From: Arcobacteraceae bacterium
GTDB lineage: Bacteria > Campylobacterota > Campylobacteria > Campylobacterales > Arcobacteraceae
Direction: 5' to 3'
DNA length: 64,000 bases
NCBI GenBank assembly: GCA_050292155.1
Contig: JBNKLC010000045.1
Span: 18,757 to 82,756, forward strand
Numbering within the stretch: the first letter of the stretch is position 1; every line of letters begins with the position of its first letter. Under the pieces are notes generated by a model. That model was given only the letters and a program-made list of their open reading frames with translations. It was not told the origin of the DNA and did no database searches. This document shows positions 29,772 to 38,996 of this stretch, piece by piece. Position numbers and translations under genes: made by a program.

Positions 29772-31784
29772 TTGAGTAAAGTGTATTATTCTAATTGGCA
29801 GGGTGAAGTAATAGATAATAGAGGTGTGTCCGTTGAAGAGTGGGCTGAATCTTCTGTTAAATTACCTGTTAGTTATACAAAAGAATCGGCAACAAAAGCA
29901 TTTGTCGGATGGGACGGATTTGCTCTTTTTGATGAAACTGTAGATGTTGTAAAACTTGCGATGAATTATGCAAGGCAATATCAAGAGTACAGTGAAGCTT
30001 GTGGAAGATGTACACCTGGACGTTGGGGTGGACAAATCTTGTTTGATATGATTGATAAAATTGCCAGAGGCGAAGGGGAGTATAGTGATTTAGCACATAT
30101 CAAAGAGGTAAGCAGCACTATGCAGCAAACCAGTAAATGTGAAATCGGTAAAACGGTTCCAACTCCGATTTTAGGGATGATTGGATCATTTGAAGAGCAA
30201 TTTATTTCACTCATTAAAAATAAAACCAAATCGCCGTGGTATGAAAATGACGATTCAAAATATATTGCAAATGTAACTGCTCCTTGTACAGATATGTGCC
30301 CGGCTCACGTAGATATCCCGGGATATATTGAAGGGGTTAGGGAGCTTGATTTTGAAAACTCTTTAAAGTCTACAAGACAAACTATGCCTTTGGCTCATAC
30401 GTGCGGAAGAGTTTGTCCCCACCCTTGTGAAGATGCGTGTAGAAGAGGAAATCTTGACGAACCTATTTCTATTATGGAACTTAAAAGAATCGGAGCAGAT
30501 TATGAAAGCGATCATGAACTCGAATGGTTCCATCCAATTAAGCCCAAAAAACCAAAAAATGACGGAAAAAAAGTAGCAATTATCGGTGCGGGACCTGCTG
30601 GACTTACGGCAGCTTATTATCTTGGAGTTGAAGGTATCGAAGTAAAGATTTTTGAAGAGCTTCCCGTACTTGGCGGAGAGGTTGCCGTGGGAGTACCGGA
30701 ATATAGAATGCCGGTTGATAAATATAATATAGATATTAAGCTGGTTGAAGATTTACCTACGGTTGAAATTATTAGAAACCATAGAGTAGACAGTGAGAGA
30801 CTTACAGAGATTTATGAAGAGTTTGATGCAACACTTCTTGCTTTTGGTGCACGTCTTTCTAAAAAAATTAGATGTGAAAATGAAGATCCAAGTTACGAGG
30901 GTTACTGGGGAGCAATCGATATGCTCGATAAGGTAAACCTTTGGAATAAGTATGGTATCGGAGAATCTGCAGCAAATGACCTTAAAGATAAAACCGTTGT
31001 ATGTGTAGGTGGTGGATTTACCTCTATGGACGTTGTAAGATGTTCTATTAGAGAGGGTGCAAAAAGAGTTGTAATGCTTTATAGAAGAGATGAAAAAACA
31101 ATCATTAGAAATACGACACTTGAAGAGTACACCGAAGCTGTTGAAGAGGGAGTAGAGTTTATTTTCTATTCTGCAATCGATACGATTATTGATGACAATG
31201 GAAAGATAACGGCAGTTATCGTGGATAAATACGAGCAGGTTCCAGATCCTGATGGTGGAAGACCGCAACTTGTAAAAATTGAAGGGGCTTCTGAAAAAAT
31301 CGAGTGTGATTATGTAGTTCCTGCGGTATCTCAAGCACTTGATTTACAAATTTTACCTAAAGAGTGGGATATAGAGATGACATCGTGGTCATCGATCCAA
31401 ACCAACGGGAAAGATTATATGACAAATAAGCCTGGACTTTTTGCAGCAGGAGACTGTGAATACGGTCCAATGACCATCGTAAATGCAGTAGGTCAAGCAA
31501 AACGTGCCGCTTCGGTAATCGGTAGATATATTTATGACGGTAAGATTTCATTATTGGATAATGAGATTATGGAAGACCATATGAATAAAATGAAAGTCTA
31601 CAATAAAGCCGAAAAAATCACGGGATGGATGCCAGGACTTCCAAGAGAAGAGAGTGAAAAACTTTCAGCAGCAGTAAGACGAGATAATAACAAAGAGGTA
31701 AATCTTGGATTCACTGCAGAGGAAGCTAGAGCTGAAGCTGAGCGATGTATGCGGTGTTATTATTTAGGGATGGTGGCAGTATGA
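29772..31784 (+). CDS. FAD/FeS oxidoreductase in the nuoF position: NuoF-C-terminal-like domain fused to a GltD/NfnB-type NAD(P)H-binding module
   Basis: N-terminal ACGRCTPGRWGG...KCEIG resembles the NuoF N3-cluster domain, with the third Cys replaced by Gly. This is followed by CTDMCPAHVDIPGYI, CGRVCPHPCEDACRRG, VAIIGAGPAGLTAAYYL, LGGEVAVGVPEYRMP, VVCVGGGFTSMDVV and FAAGDCEYGP. C-terminal tail AEERCMRCYY-type CxxC. TTG start. Confidence 0.75.
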   Translation: MSKVYYSNWQGEVIDNRGVSVEEWAESSVKLPVSYTKESATKAFVGWDGFALFDETVDVVKLAMNYARQYQEYSEACGRCTPGRWGGQILFDMIDKIARGEGEYSDLAHIKEVSSTMQQTSKCEIGKTVPTPILGMIGSFEEQFISLIKNKTKSPWYENDDSKYIANVTAPCTDMCPAHVDIPGYIEGVRELDFENSLKSTRQTMPLAHTCGRVCPHPCEDACRRGNLDEPISIMELKRIGADYESDHELEWFHPIKPKKPKNDGKKVAIIGAGPAGLTAAYYLGVEGIEVKIFEELPVLGGEVAVGVPEYRMPVDKYNIDIKLVEDLPTVEIIRNHRVDSERLTEIYEEFDATLLAFGARLSKKIRCENEDPSYEGYWGAIDMLDKVNLWNKYGIGESAANDLKDKTVVCVGGGFTSMDVVRCSIREGAKRVVMLYRRDEKTIIRNTTLEEYTEAVEEGVEFIFYSAIDTIIDDNGKITAVIVDKYEQVPDPDGGRPQLVKIEGASEKIECDYVVPAVSQALDLQILPKEWDIEMTSWSSIQTNGKDYMTNKPGLFAAGDCEYGPMTIVNAVGQAKRAASVIGRYIYDGKISLLDNEIMEDHMNKMKVYNKAEKITGWMPGLPREESEKLSAAVRRDNNKEVNLGFTAEEARAEAERCMRCYYLGMVAV

Positions 31785-34057
31785 GTGAACGGGTACAACA
31801 TAGAGGAAAACTAATTACTATCACTATTGATGGACGTGAATGTCAAGGTGTTTACGGTCAAACTATTTTAGAGATTGCAAGAAAAAACGATATTTATATC
31901 CCTACAATGTGTTACCTTACAAAGGTTTCGCCTATAACATCGTGTAGGATGTGTGTGGTTGATGTTGCAGGTGTTGAAGGTAATGTTCTTTCGTGCCAAG
32001 AAAAAGCGGTGGATGGTGCCGTAATCACTACAAATAACGAAGAGCTTTTCAGACATAGACAAAATATTATGAAAATGTATGATGTAAATCATCCGTTGCA
32101 GTGTGGAGTTTGTGATAAAAGTGGAGAGTGTGATCTTCAAAATAAAACTTTGGAATTTGGTGTCGATTCACAAGAATTTGCATTAAAAGAACCTGCAAGA
32201 AAAAAGAAAAAATGGGGTATCTTAGGATATGATCCGTCACTTTGTATCATGTGTGAAAAATGTGTTCATACGTGTAACGAAGTAATTGGAAGTGCAGCTC
32301 TTTATGTAAAACCGGGTGGTTATAAATCTATTATCGATATTAAGATGAGTAGGTGTGAACAGTGTGGAGATTGTATCTCCGTATGCCCTGTCGGAGCACT
32401 TGTTTCAAATGAATACAAATACACTTCAAATGCTTGGGAATCGAAAAAAATCCCTGCTACATGTGCACATTGTAGTAGTGGATGTTCTCTTTATTATGAT
32501 GTAAAACATGCCGGTGTTTCTAATCCTTATGAGAAAAAAATCACGAGAGTAACAAACGACTCTGAATTTAGCGAACTTTGTGGAGCCGGTAGATTTGGAT
32601 TTGAGTTTGAAAATAAAGGAGATGTAAAAGATCCTGAGAAGTTAGCTCGTGCGGTGGAAGCTATCAAATCAAGTGATGTAATCTCTTTTAATTCTTATAT
32701 TACAAACGAAGAAGCTTTTATATTGCAAAAAATTAAAGAGCAAACGGGGATTAGACTTTGGAATGACGATGCAAATTTTTATAAAAAATTTATGGATGAG
32801 TATTCAAAAGTAAGCGGTCGAACTTTATATAGTGCAACAAACGAAACTATAAGAGATAGTGATGCAGTTATTATGATAGGAACAAGAATTTCAAGAGATA
32901 ATCCAGTGGTAAAATATGCTGCAAATATTGCCGTCAAAACAAAAAGGGCAAACTTTATCTATATGCACCCGATTGATGATATAAATCTGCAAAACAAATA
33001 CAACCAATTTGTAAAATATGAAGCGGGAAGCGAAGAGGGTGTAATTGCTCTTCTTGCTTCATATTTGGTTGAAAATGTTCCAAGTAAATATGAGAGTTTT
33101 TTTGATGAACTTGATATCGGTAATTTAAGCGGAGATTGTAATGTGGGCGAAGAGGAAATGGAGGCTGTTGTTAAAAAACTTACAAGAAGTAAGAATAAAA
33201 CTTTAGTAATCGGCGAAGACCTTTATGCCCATAAAAGAGCGAAAAACATTGCCAAAATTGTAGGGCTTATTGAAAAGTACACTGACTTTAACGTGATGAT
33301 TATCCCATCTCAAACAAATACTTTAGGGGTAAGTTTGATTTGTGATTTGGATGAAAAGGGCGGCGATAAAGTTGTGGGGTATAATGAAGTTGGAGATTTT
33401 ATCATTTCAAGCGAGGGTCTTGGAGATATAGAGGTACCTGCACTGAACCAACAAGAGGGGACTTTTACTTCGATTGATAAAAAAGTTCTGAATACAAATG
33501 TTGCTTTGGCTTTTGAGGGGTATTGTTTAAATGATATTGCCAATGCCCTTTTAGGTACAACAGTTGCACATACGATTGATTATACTAAAAATTTACCATC
33601 CTCAAAAGGGTTTCAAGCAGTGGAATTCGATTCTTTAGGAAATGGATACGATAGATATGGAAACGACCAAAGAGGATATAAATTAGAAGAGGGTGTTAAT
33701 GAATCTGAGATTGTAGAGATTGAAGAGATAGCTGAAATTGGAACTTATAACGGTACGGTTATTTATAGATGTGAACCGTTACATCAATTTAATCCAAATA
33801 CCGCAAAGTCGTTAAAACTTCAAACAGACAAAAGTCTTAGAGGGAGTGCAGCCTTTGCAACTGCTGCAAAGATAAAAGACGGCGATACAGTTACGATAAG
33901 CTATAATAACAAGTTTGTAACAAGAAAATTTAAAATAGAGAAGGCGATCAAAGGTACGATTGCATTATGTCCAACATTTGATGATCCATTGGAAGATGGA
34001 GCAGTAACTTTTGGATATAGATTTAAGCAAGTACAAATTAATAAGGTTGAAGCATAA
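31781..34057 (+). CDS. nuoG: NuoG-like FeS subunit, paralog 1 (N7-type Cys motif intact)
   Basis: 2Fe-2S CYLTK..CRMCVVDV..LSCQ, HPLQCGVCDKSGECDLQ, CIMCEKCVHTC, CEQCGDCISVCPVGAL, plus CAHCSSGCS...ELCGAGRF. ATG at 31781 overlaps the upstream stop (ATGA). Confidence 0.85.
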   Translation: MSERVQHRGKLITITIDGRECQGVYGQTILEIARKNDIYIPTMCYLTKVSPITSCRMCVVDVAGVEGNVLSCQEKAVDGAVITTNNEELFRHRQNIMKMYDVNHPLQCGVCDKSGECDLQNKTLEFGVDSQEFALKEPARKKKKWGILGYDPSLCIMCEKCVHTCNEVIGSAALYVKPGGYKSIIDIKMSRCEQCGDCISVCPVGALVSNEYKYTSNAWESKKIPATCAHCSSGCSLYYDVKHAGVSNPYEKKITRVTNDSEFSELCGAGRFGFEFENKGDVKDPEKLARAVEAIKSSDVISFNSYITNEEAFILQKIKEQTGIRLWNDDANFYKKFMDEYSKVSGRTLYSATNETIRDSDAVIMIGTRISRDNPVVKYAANIAVKTKRANFIYMHPIDDINLQNKYNQFVKYEAGSEEGVIALLASYLVENVPSKYESFFDELDIGNLSGDCNVGEEEMEAVVKKLTRSKNKTLVIGEDLYAHKRAKNIAKIVGLIEKYTDFNVMIIPSQTNTLGVSLICDLDEKGGDKVVGYNEVGDFIISSEGLGDIEVPALNQQEGTFTSIDKKVLNTNVALAFEGYCLNDIANALLGTTVAHTIDYTKNLPSSKGFQAVEFDSLGNGYDRYGNDQRGYKLEEGVNESEIVEIEEIAEIGTYNGTVIYRCEPLHQFNPNTAKSLKLQTDKSLRGSAAFATAAKIKDGDTVTISYNNKFVTRKFKIEKAIKGTIALCPTFDDPLEDGAVTFGYRFKQVQINKVEA

Positions 34058-36507
34058 TGGACAATATGATTAATATAACTATTAACGGCAAAGAGTGTCA
34101 AGCAAAAGAGGGAGAGTTTATCCTGAACGTTGCACGGGCGAACGGTATCTTTATACCTGCTGTTTGTTACCAAACAAAATGTACACCAACTCTAGCGTGT
34201 AGATTGTGTTTGGTTGAAGCAGATGGGAAGCAAGTATACGCTTGTAATGCAAAAAGTAAAGATGGGATGGTTATCGAAGTTAATACACCAAACATCGAAC
34301 AAGAAAGACGTGCAATTATGGAGGTTTACGATGTAAACCATCCTCTGCAGTGTGGAGTATGTGACCAAAGCGGAGAGTGTGAACTTCAAAACTATTCGCT
34401 TTATATGGGCGTAGATTCACAAAACTATGCGGTTAAAGACGTGCATAGACCAGCATCAAATTGGGGAGTAATGAAATATGACCCGGGTCTTTGTATCGTG
34501 TGTGAAAAGTGTGTGACTATCTGTAAAGACATGATAGGATCAAATGCCCTTGGAACCGTAAAAAGAGGTGCGGATGCCCTTGATAAAGCATATAAAGAAG
34601 CTATGCCAAAAGATGCGTATGCGATGTGGAATAAACTGAATAAAAACCTTATTGGATTTGAGGAAGAAAAATGTATCGATTGTGGAGAGTGTATCTCTGT
34701 TTGTCCTGTCGGTGCACTTGTAAGTTCGGATTTCCAATATAAATCAAATGCTTGGGAGCTTACAAAAATTCCTGCATCAAATCCATACAGCTCAGATTGT
34801 TCATTAATGTACTACGAAGTAAAACACGACTCAATTGAAAACAATAAAGAGAAAAAAATATATAGAGTAACAAATGATGCACACTATGTATCTTTAAACG
34901 GAGCGGCTCGATTTGGATTTGACTATGTAAATAAAGCGGATAAAGATGAAGCGGCATTTACAAAAGCGGTAGAAGCATTACAAGGTGCAGATTCAATTTT
35001 ATTTAATTCATTTATTACAAATGAAGAGGCAAAAATTCTTCAATCTATCAAAGAAAAAACGGGTGCAAAACTTATAAATATGGATGCATTCAAATTCAAA
35101 GAGTTTTTAAATAATTACTCTAAAATAACTGGAGAAAGTTTTTATAAAGGAACTTTAGAAGATATTCACAACAGTGATTTTTTAATCTCTCTTGGATCAT
35201 TTTTAAAATCAGATGCTCCGAGTGTAAAATATGCGTTCAACAATGCAATAGGGATGAATAAAGGTGCAGGACTTTATTTTCATCCAATGGGAGATAAGCA
35301 TATCGAAGGACTTGGGAAAAAAGGCAAAACAATTGAGACAATTGCTACAAATCCTTTATCCGAAGAAGCCGTATTATATTTTATCCTTGATCAATTTGGA
35401 GAAAATCTCCCTGAAGATATTGCAAAATATGTTGCAGGTTTTCAAGAACAAAGAACAAAAACTGTAACGGAAACAATCAAAGAAACAGTAGAAGAAACGG
35501 TTGTCGATCCGGAAACGGGAGAGGAATCTGTTCAAAAGAAAGTTGTCCCTAAAAAAGTTGAAAGTGAAATTACTTACAAATACACAAAACTGCTTGAGCT
35601 GATGGGGGCTGATGAATCATTGCTTGAAACAATCGAAGCGATGCTTGCAAAAAAAGAAAAATTCAGCTTAATTATCGGAGAAGATTGTATCAATCATCCA
35701 AATAGTGAAAATATAGCAAAACTTGTCGGAATGGTTGAAAAATATACGAAATTTACGGTCCTTATTATACCGTCGCAAACAAATACTTTAGGGGTAAGCT
35801 TACTTTGCGATCTTGATGTGATAGCAAACGGTACAACGGTTGGATACAATATGGCAGCAGATTATCAAATGAGTGCGTTAGGCGACGGAGATATCGATAT
35901 GCCTGTACTTTCACAACAAGAGGGGACTTTTGTAAATATCGATAAAAGAGTTGTCCCTACAAATGCGGCAGTTGCTTATAACGGATATTCTCTCAACGAT
36001 ATTGCAAATGAAATTTTAGATAATAAAAAAGAAAATACCATTGAATATACAACTGAAATATTTAAAGGGATTGCATTTGATGATTTGGAAAATCGGTATA
36101 CAAATGATAGAGTCGAACATAGAGGATATATTTTAGAAGCGTTACAAACCGAAACAAACGAGAGTGTGAATACCGAGATAAAATCACTTGAAAAATCCCA
36201 AAGTGAGTATATAATTTACAATGCAAATCCAATAAATCAATTTAATGAGTTTAGTGCGCTCTCCCATCAACTAAAAGATGATATAGTTGCTTTACATATT
36301 TCAGATGAGTTGGCTGCAAAACTTGAAGTTGAGGCAAACGGAAGCGTAGAAGTAACGGCAAATAAAACAACTATTGCATTACCTGTAGTAGTTGATAACA
36401 ACCTTATCGGGGAGATTGCCTATGTTCCGACATTTGAAAAAAATTCTCAAACTAAAAACTTATTTGACAACTGTAGATTTGCTACAGCAAATATAAAAAA
36501 GGTGTAA
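34057..36507 (+). CDS. nuoG: NuoG-like FeS subunit, paralog 2 (N7-type Cys motif lost)
   Basis: CYQTK..CRLCLVEA..YACN, HPLQCGVCDQSGECELQ, CIVCEKCVTIC, CIDCGECISVCPVGAL. The N7 region reads ASNPYSSDCS...SLNGAARF. ATG overlaps the paralog 1 stop (TAATG). Confidence 0.85.
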   Translation: MDNMINITINGKECQAKEGEFILNVARANGIFIPAVCYQTKCTPTLACRLCLVEADGKQVYACNAKSKDGMVIEVNTPNIEQERRAIMEVYDVNHPLQCGVCDQSGECELQNYSLYMGVDSQNYAVKDVHRPASNWGVMKYDPGLCIVCEKCVTICKDMIGSNALGTVKRGADALDKAYKEAMPKDAYAMWNKLNKNLIGFEEEKCIDCGECISVCPVGALVSSDFQYKSNAWELTKIPASNPYSSDCSLMYYEVKHDSIENNKEKKIYRVTNDAHYVSLNGAARFGFDYVNKADKDEAAFTKAVEALQGADSILFNSFITNEEAKILQSIKEKTGAKLINMDAFKFKEFLNNYSKITGESFYKGTLEDIHNSDFLISLGSFLKSDAPSVKYAFNNAIGMNKGAGLYFHPMGDKHIEGLGKKGKTIETIATNPLSEEAVLYFILDQFGENLPEDIAKYVAGFQEQRTKTVTETIKETVEETVVDPETGEESVQKKVVPKKVESEITYKYTKLLELMGADESLLETIEAMLAKKEKFSLIIGEDCINHPNSENIAKLVGMVEKYTKFTVLIIPSQTNTLGVSLLCDLDVIANGTTVGYNMAADYQMSALGDGDIDMPVLSQQEGTFVNIDKRVVPTNAAVAYNGYSLNDIANEILDNKKENTIEYTTEIFKGIAFDDLENRYTNDRVEHRGYILEALQTETNESVNTEIKSLEKSQSEYIIYNANPINQFNEFSALSHQLKDDIVALHISDELAAKLEVEANGSVEVTANKTTIALPVVVDNNLIGEIAYVPTFEKNSQTKNLFDNCRFATANIKKV

Positions 36508-36510
36508 AAG

Positions 36511-37470
36511 ATGGATAATGATATTATAATGACGCTTGTTAAAGTATTAGTTATTTTACTTGTATTTTCTGCTTTAGCAGGGTTTACGACTTATATTGAA
36601 AGAAAAGTCTTGGCATTTATGCAAAGACGACCCGGACCTATGCATGTGGGACCGTTTGGACTTTTACAAATTTTAGCAGACGGTGCAAAACTCTTTACAA
36701 AAGAAGATTTTATCCCGCAACATGCGAATAGACTTATTTTTATGATTGCACCTGTTATCACTGCTGCGACTGCATTTATTGCAATGACGGCAGTTCCTTT
36801 TGTACCGGGTGTAATCGTATCGGATGTAAATGTCGGGGTACTTTTTGTCCTTGGTGTGATGGCAACCGGACTTTACGGACCACTTCTTGGAGGGATGTCT
36901 CAAGCAAATAAATGGGGACTTCTTGGAGGAGCTAGAACTGCGATTCAGCTTCTTTCTTACGAGGTTGTAACGGGACTTTCACTTTTAGCTCCTCTTATGT
37001 TGGTTGGTTCATTATCTTTAATCGATATCAATAACTACCAAGCAGGTGGAGTCGGCAATTGGATTCTTTGGACGCAACCTGTCGCATTTTTTTTATTTTT
37101 AATTGCAGGTTATGCAGAGACAAATAGAACACCGTTTGATCTTTTAGAGCATGAAGCGGAAGTTATCGCAGGATATGCAACTGAGTATTCTGGAATGAGA
37201 TGGGGTATGTTTTTTATCGGGGAGTATGCAAATCTATTTACAATTTCATTTTTAACTTCACTTATCTTTTTAGGTGGATTTAACGATTTATGGTTTATCC
37301 CAGGAGCAATTGCAATTATACTTAAAGTTATGTTTTTAATTTTCTTATTCCTTTGGACAAGAGCTTCTTGGCCGCACGTAAGACCTGATCAACTTATGTG
37401 GTTATGTTGGAAAATATTAATGCCTTTAGCCCTATTAAATATTTTAGTTACGGCTATCGTGGTAATTTAG
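36511..37470 (+). CDS. nuoH: NADH:quinone oxidoreductase subunit H
   Basis: ERKVLAFMQRRPGP and GYATEYSGMRWGMFFIGEY, 8 TM. Confidence 0.93.
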   Translation: MDNDIIMTLVKVLVILLVFSALAGFTTYIERKVLAFMQRRPGPMHVGPFGLLQILADGAKLFTKEDFIPQHANRLIFMIAPVITAATAFIAMTAVPFVPGVIVSDVNVGVLFVLGVMATGLYGPLLGGMSQANKWGLLGGARTAIQLLSYEVVTGLSLLAPLMLVGSLSLIDINNYQAGGVGNWILWTQPVAFFLFLIAGYAETNRTPFDLLEHEAEVIAGYATEYSGMRWGMFFIGEYANLFTISFLTSLIFLGGFNDLWFIPGAIAIILKVMFLIFLFLWTRASWPHVRPDQLMWLCWKILMPLALLNILVTAIVVI

Positions 37471-37477
37471 GGGTTGA

Positions 37478-38104
37478 ATGATGAGTTTTAAAGAATTAAA
37501 AGAGAGAAACGTAGGATCTCAAGAATATATGATGATGGATATTAAAGAGTATCCAAAATCGGGATGGCAGGAATTTAAACAGATCGTTGGTCGAGGTTTA
37601 AAAAACGAGCTTTTTAAAGGTCTTGGGATTACTTTTAAGATAATGAAAGAGGTGGTATTTCAAGGGAAAACCCATAATACACTTTATCCAATTGAAAAAC
37701 TTCCAATAAGCCCAAGATATAGAGCAGTACATAAACTATTAGCATTACTTGAAAGCGGTCATAATAGATGTATCGGATGTGGACTTTGTGAAAAAATCTG
37801 TATCGCTAAATGTATTAGAATGGATACAAAAATCGATGAAAATTCAAGAAAAGAGGTTAGCGAGTATACAATTAATCTCGGACGTTGTATTTTTTGTGGA
37901 TATTGTGCAGAAGTTTGTCCAGAACTTGCGATTGTTCACGGAGGAAGATATGAAAATTCCAGTGAACAAAGGGAGCATTTTGTCTTAAAAGAGGATCTTT
38001 TAACACCGTTTGACAAATTGGCAGCCCAAGTTGAATACGACGGTTTTGGATCGGTTTCACAAGATGCAGATAAAAAAATCAAAAAAACGCCATTGGCATA
38101 TTAA
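37478..38104 (+). CDS. nuoI: NADH:quinone oxidoreductase subunit I
   Basis: Two 4Fe-4S motifs, CIGCGLCEKIC and CIFCGYCAEVCP, with an N-terminal extension. Confidence 0.92.
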   Translation: MMSFKELKERNVGSQEYMMMDIKEYPKSGWQEFKQIVGRGLKNELFKGLGITFKIMKEVVFQGKTHNTLYPIEKLPISPRYRAVHKLLALLESGHNRCIGCGLCEKICIAKCIRMDTKIDENSRKEVSEYTINLGRCIFCGYCAEVCPELAIVHGGRYENSSEQREHFVLKEDLLTPFDKLAAQVEYDGFGSVSQDADKKIKKTPLAY

Positions 38105-38107
38105 GGA

Positions 38108-38692
38108 TTGATAATGTTTGAAGTAGTAGCTTTTTACCTTTTTGCTTTTTTAACAATAGCAATGTTTTTAGTCACGGTTAGGACTAAAAATGCACTTTAT
38201 GCACTAAGTTCACTTGCAGCAGGTATGATCTTTATCTCTGCATTTTTCTTCCTTTTGGGAGCGGAATTCTTAGGTGCCGTACAAATTGTAGTATACACAG
38301 GAGCAGTTATGGCTCTATATGCTTTTGGTATGATGTTCTTTGATTCGATTAATGATGTAAAAGAATCGGTAGCAAATCCGAGATTGACATTTATGCTGAC
38401 AGGGATTGTTGCACTGTTGGTAGTGTCTATTTTTATTGCACCTATTATAGGAGCAAACGTAACTGCACACTATCCAGTGCATGAAGCATACGGTAATACA
38501 CAAGATATCGGTTTAGTATTATTTACAAAATATTTAGTTCCGTTTGAAGTTGCGGCAGTTATGCTTTTGGTTGCAATGATCGGTGGAATTATTTTAGCAG
38601 GAAAACAAATGGATGTATCAATTACCGAGATGAGTGAGACTGAAATTGACCACCATAGAACAGATACAGAGATTGCAAAGGATATCAAATGA
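38108..38692 (+). CDS. nuoJ: NADH:quinone oxidoreductase subunit J
   Basis: 194 aa hydrophobic, VQIVVYTGAVMALYAFGMM, in operon position. Start TTG 38108 or ATG 38114. Confidence 0.85.
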   Translation: MIMFEVVAFYLFAFLTIAMFLVTVRTKNALYALSSLAAGMIFISAFFFLLGAEFLGAVQIVVYTGAVMALYAFGMMFFDSINDVKESVANPRLTFMLTGIVALLVVSIFIAPIIGANVTAHYPVHEAYGNTQDIGLVLFTKYLVPFEVAAVMLLVAMIGGIILAGKQMDVSITEMSETEIDHHRTDTEIAKDIK

Positions 38693-38994
38693 GTATTACG
38701 TTAAATGATTATTTAATACTTAGTACTATTATCTTTATGATAGGGATGTACGGAGCATTAAGAAGAAAAAATTTATTAATGTTGTTTTTCTCAACGGAGA
38801 TAATGTTAAATGCAGTCAATATCGGAATGGCTGCAATTTCTAAATTTCACGGCGATCTTACGGGGCAGATGTTTGCATTTTTTGTAATTGCAATTGCTGC
38901 AAGTGAAGTTGCTATTGGATTGGGATTATTGATTTTATGGTTTAAAAGACACAATACTATCAATCTTGATTCACTACAAAGTATGAAGGGGTAA
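38689..38994 (+). CDS. nuoK: NADH:quinone oxidoreductase subunit K
   Basis: 101 aa, 3 TM, FFSTEIMLNAVN and AASEVAIGLGLL. Confidence 0.9.
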   Translation: MSITLNDYLILSTIIFMIGMYGALRRKNLLMLFFSTEIMLNAVNIGMAAISKFHGDLTGQMFAFFVIAIAASEVAIGLGLLILWFKRHNTINLDSLQSMKG

Positions 38995-38996
38995 GG

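Noticed and set aside
30753-31334. 193-aa minus-strand ORF inside the GltD-like gene.
   Set aside because: It is antisense to a region with unmistakable Rossmann/FAD motifs on the plus strand. The translation is rich in R/C/N/F/I with no recognisable domain.
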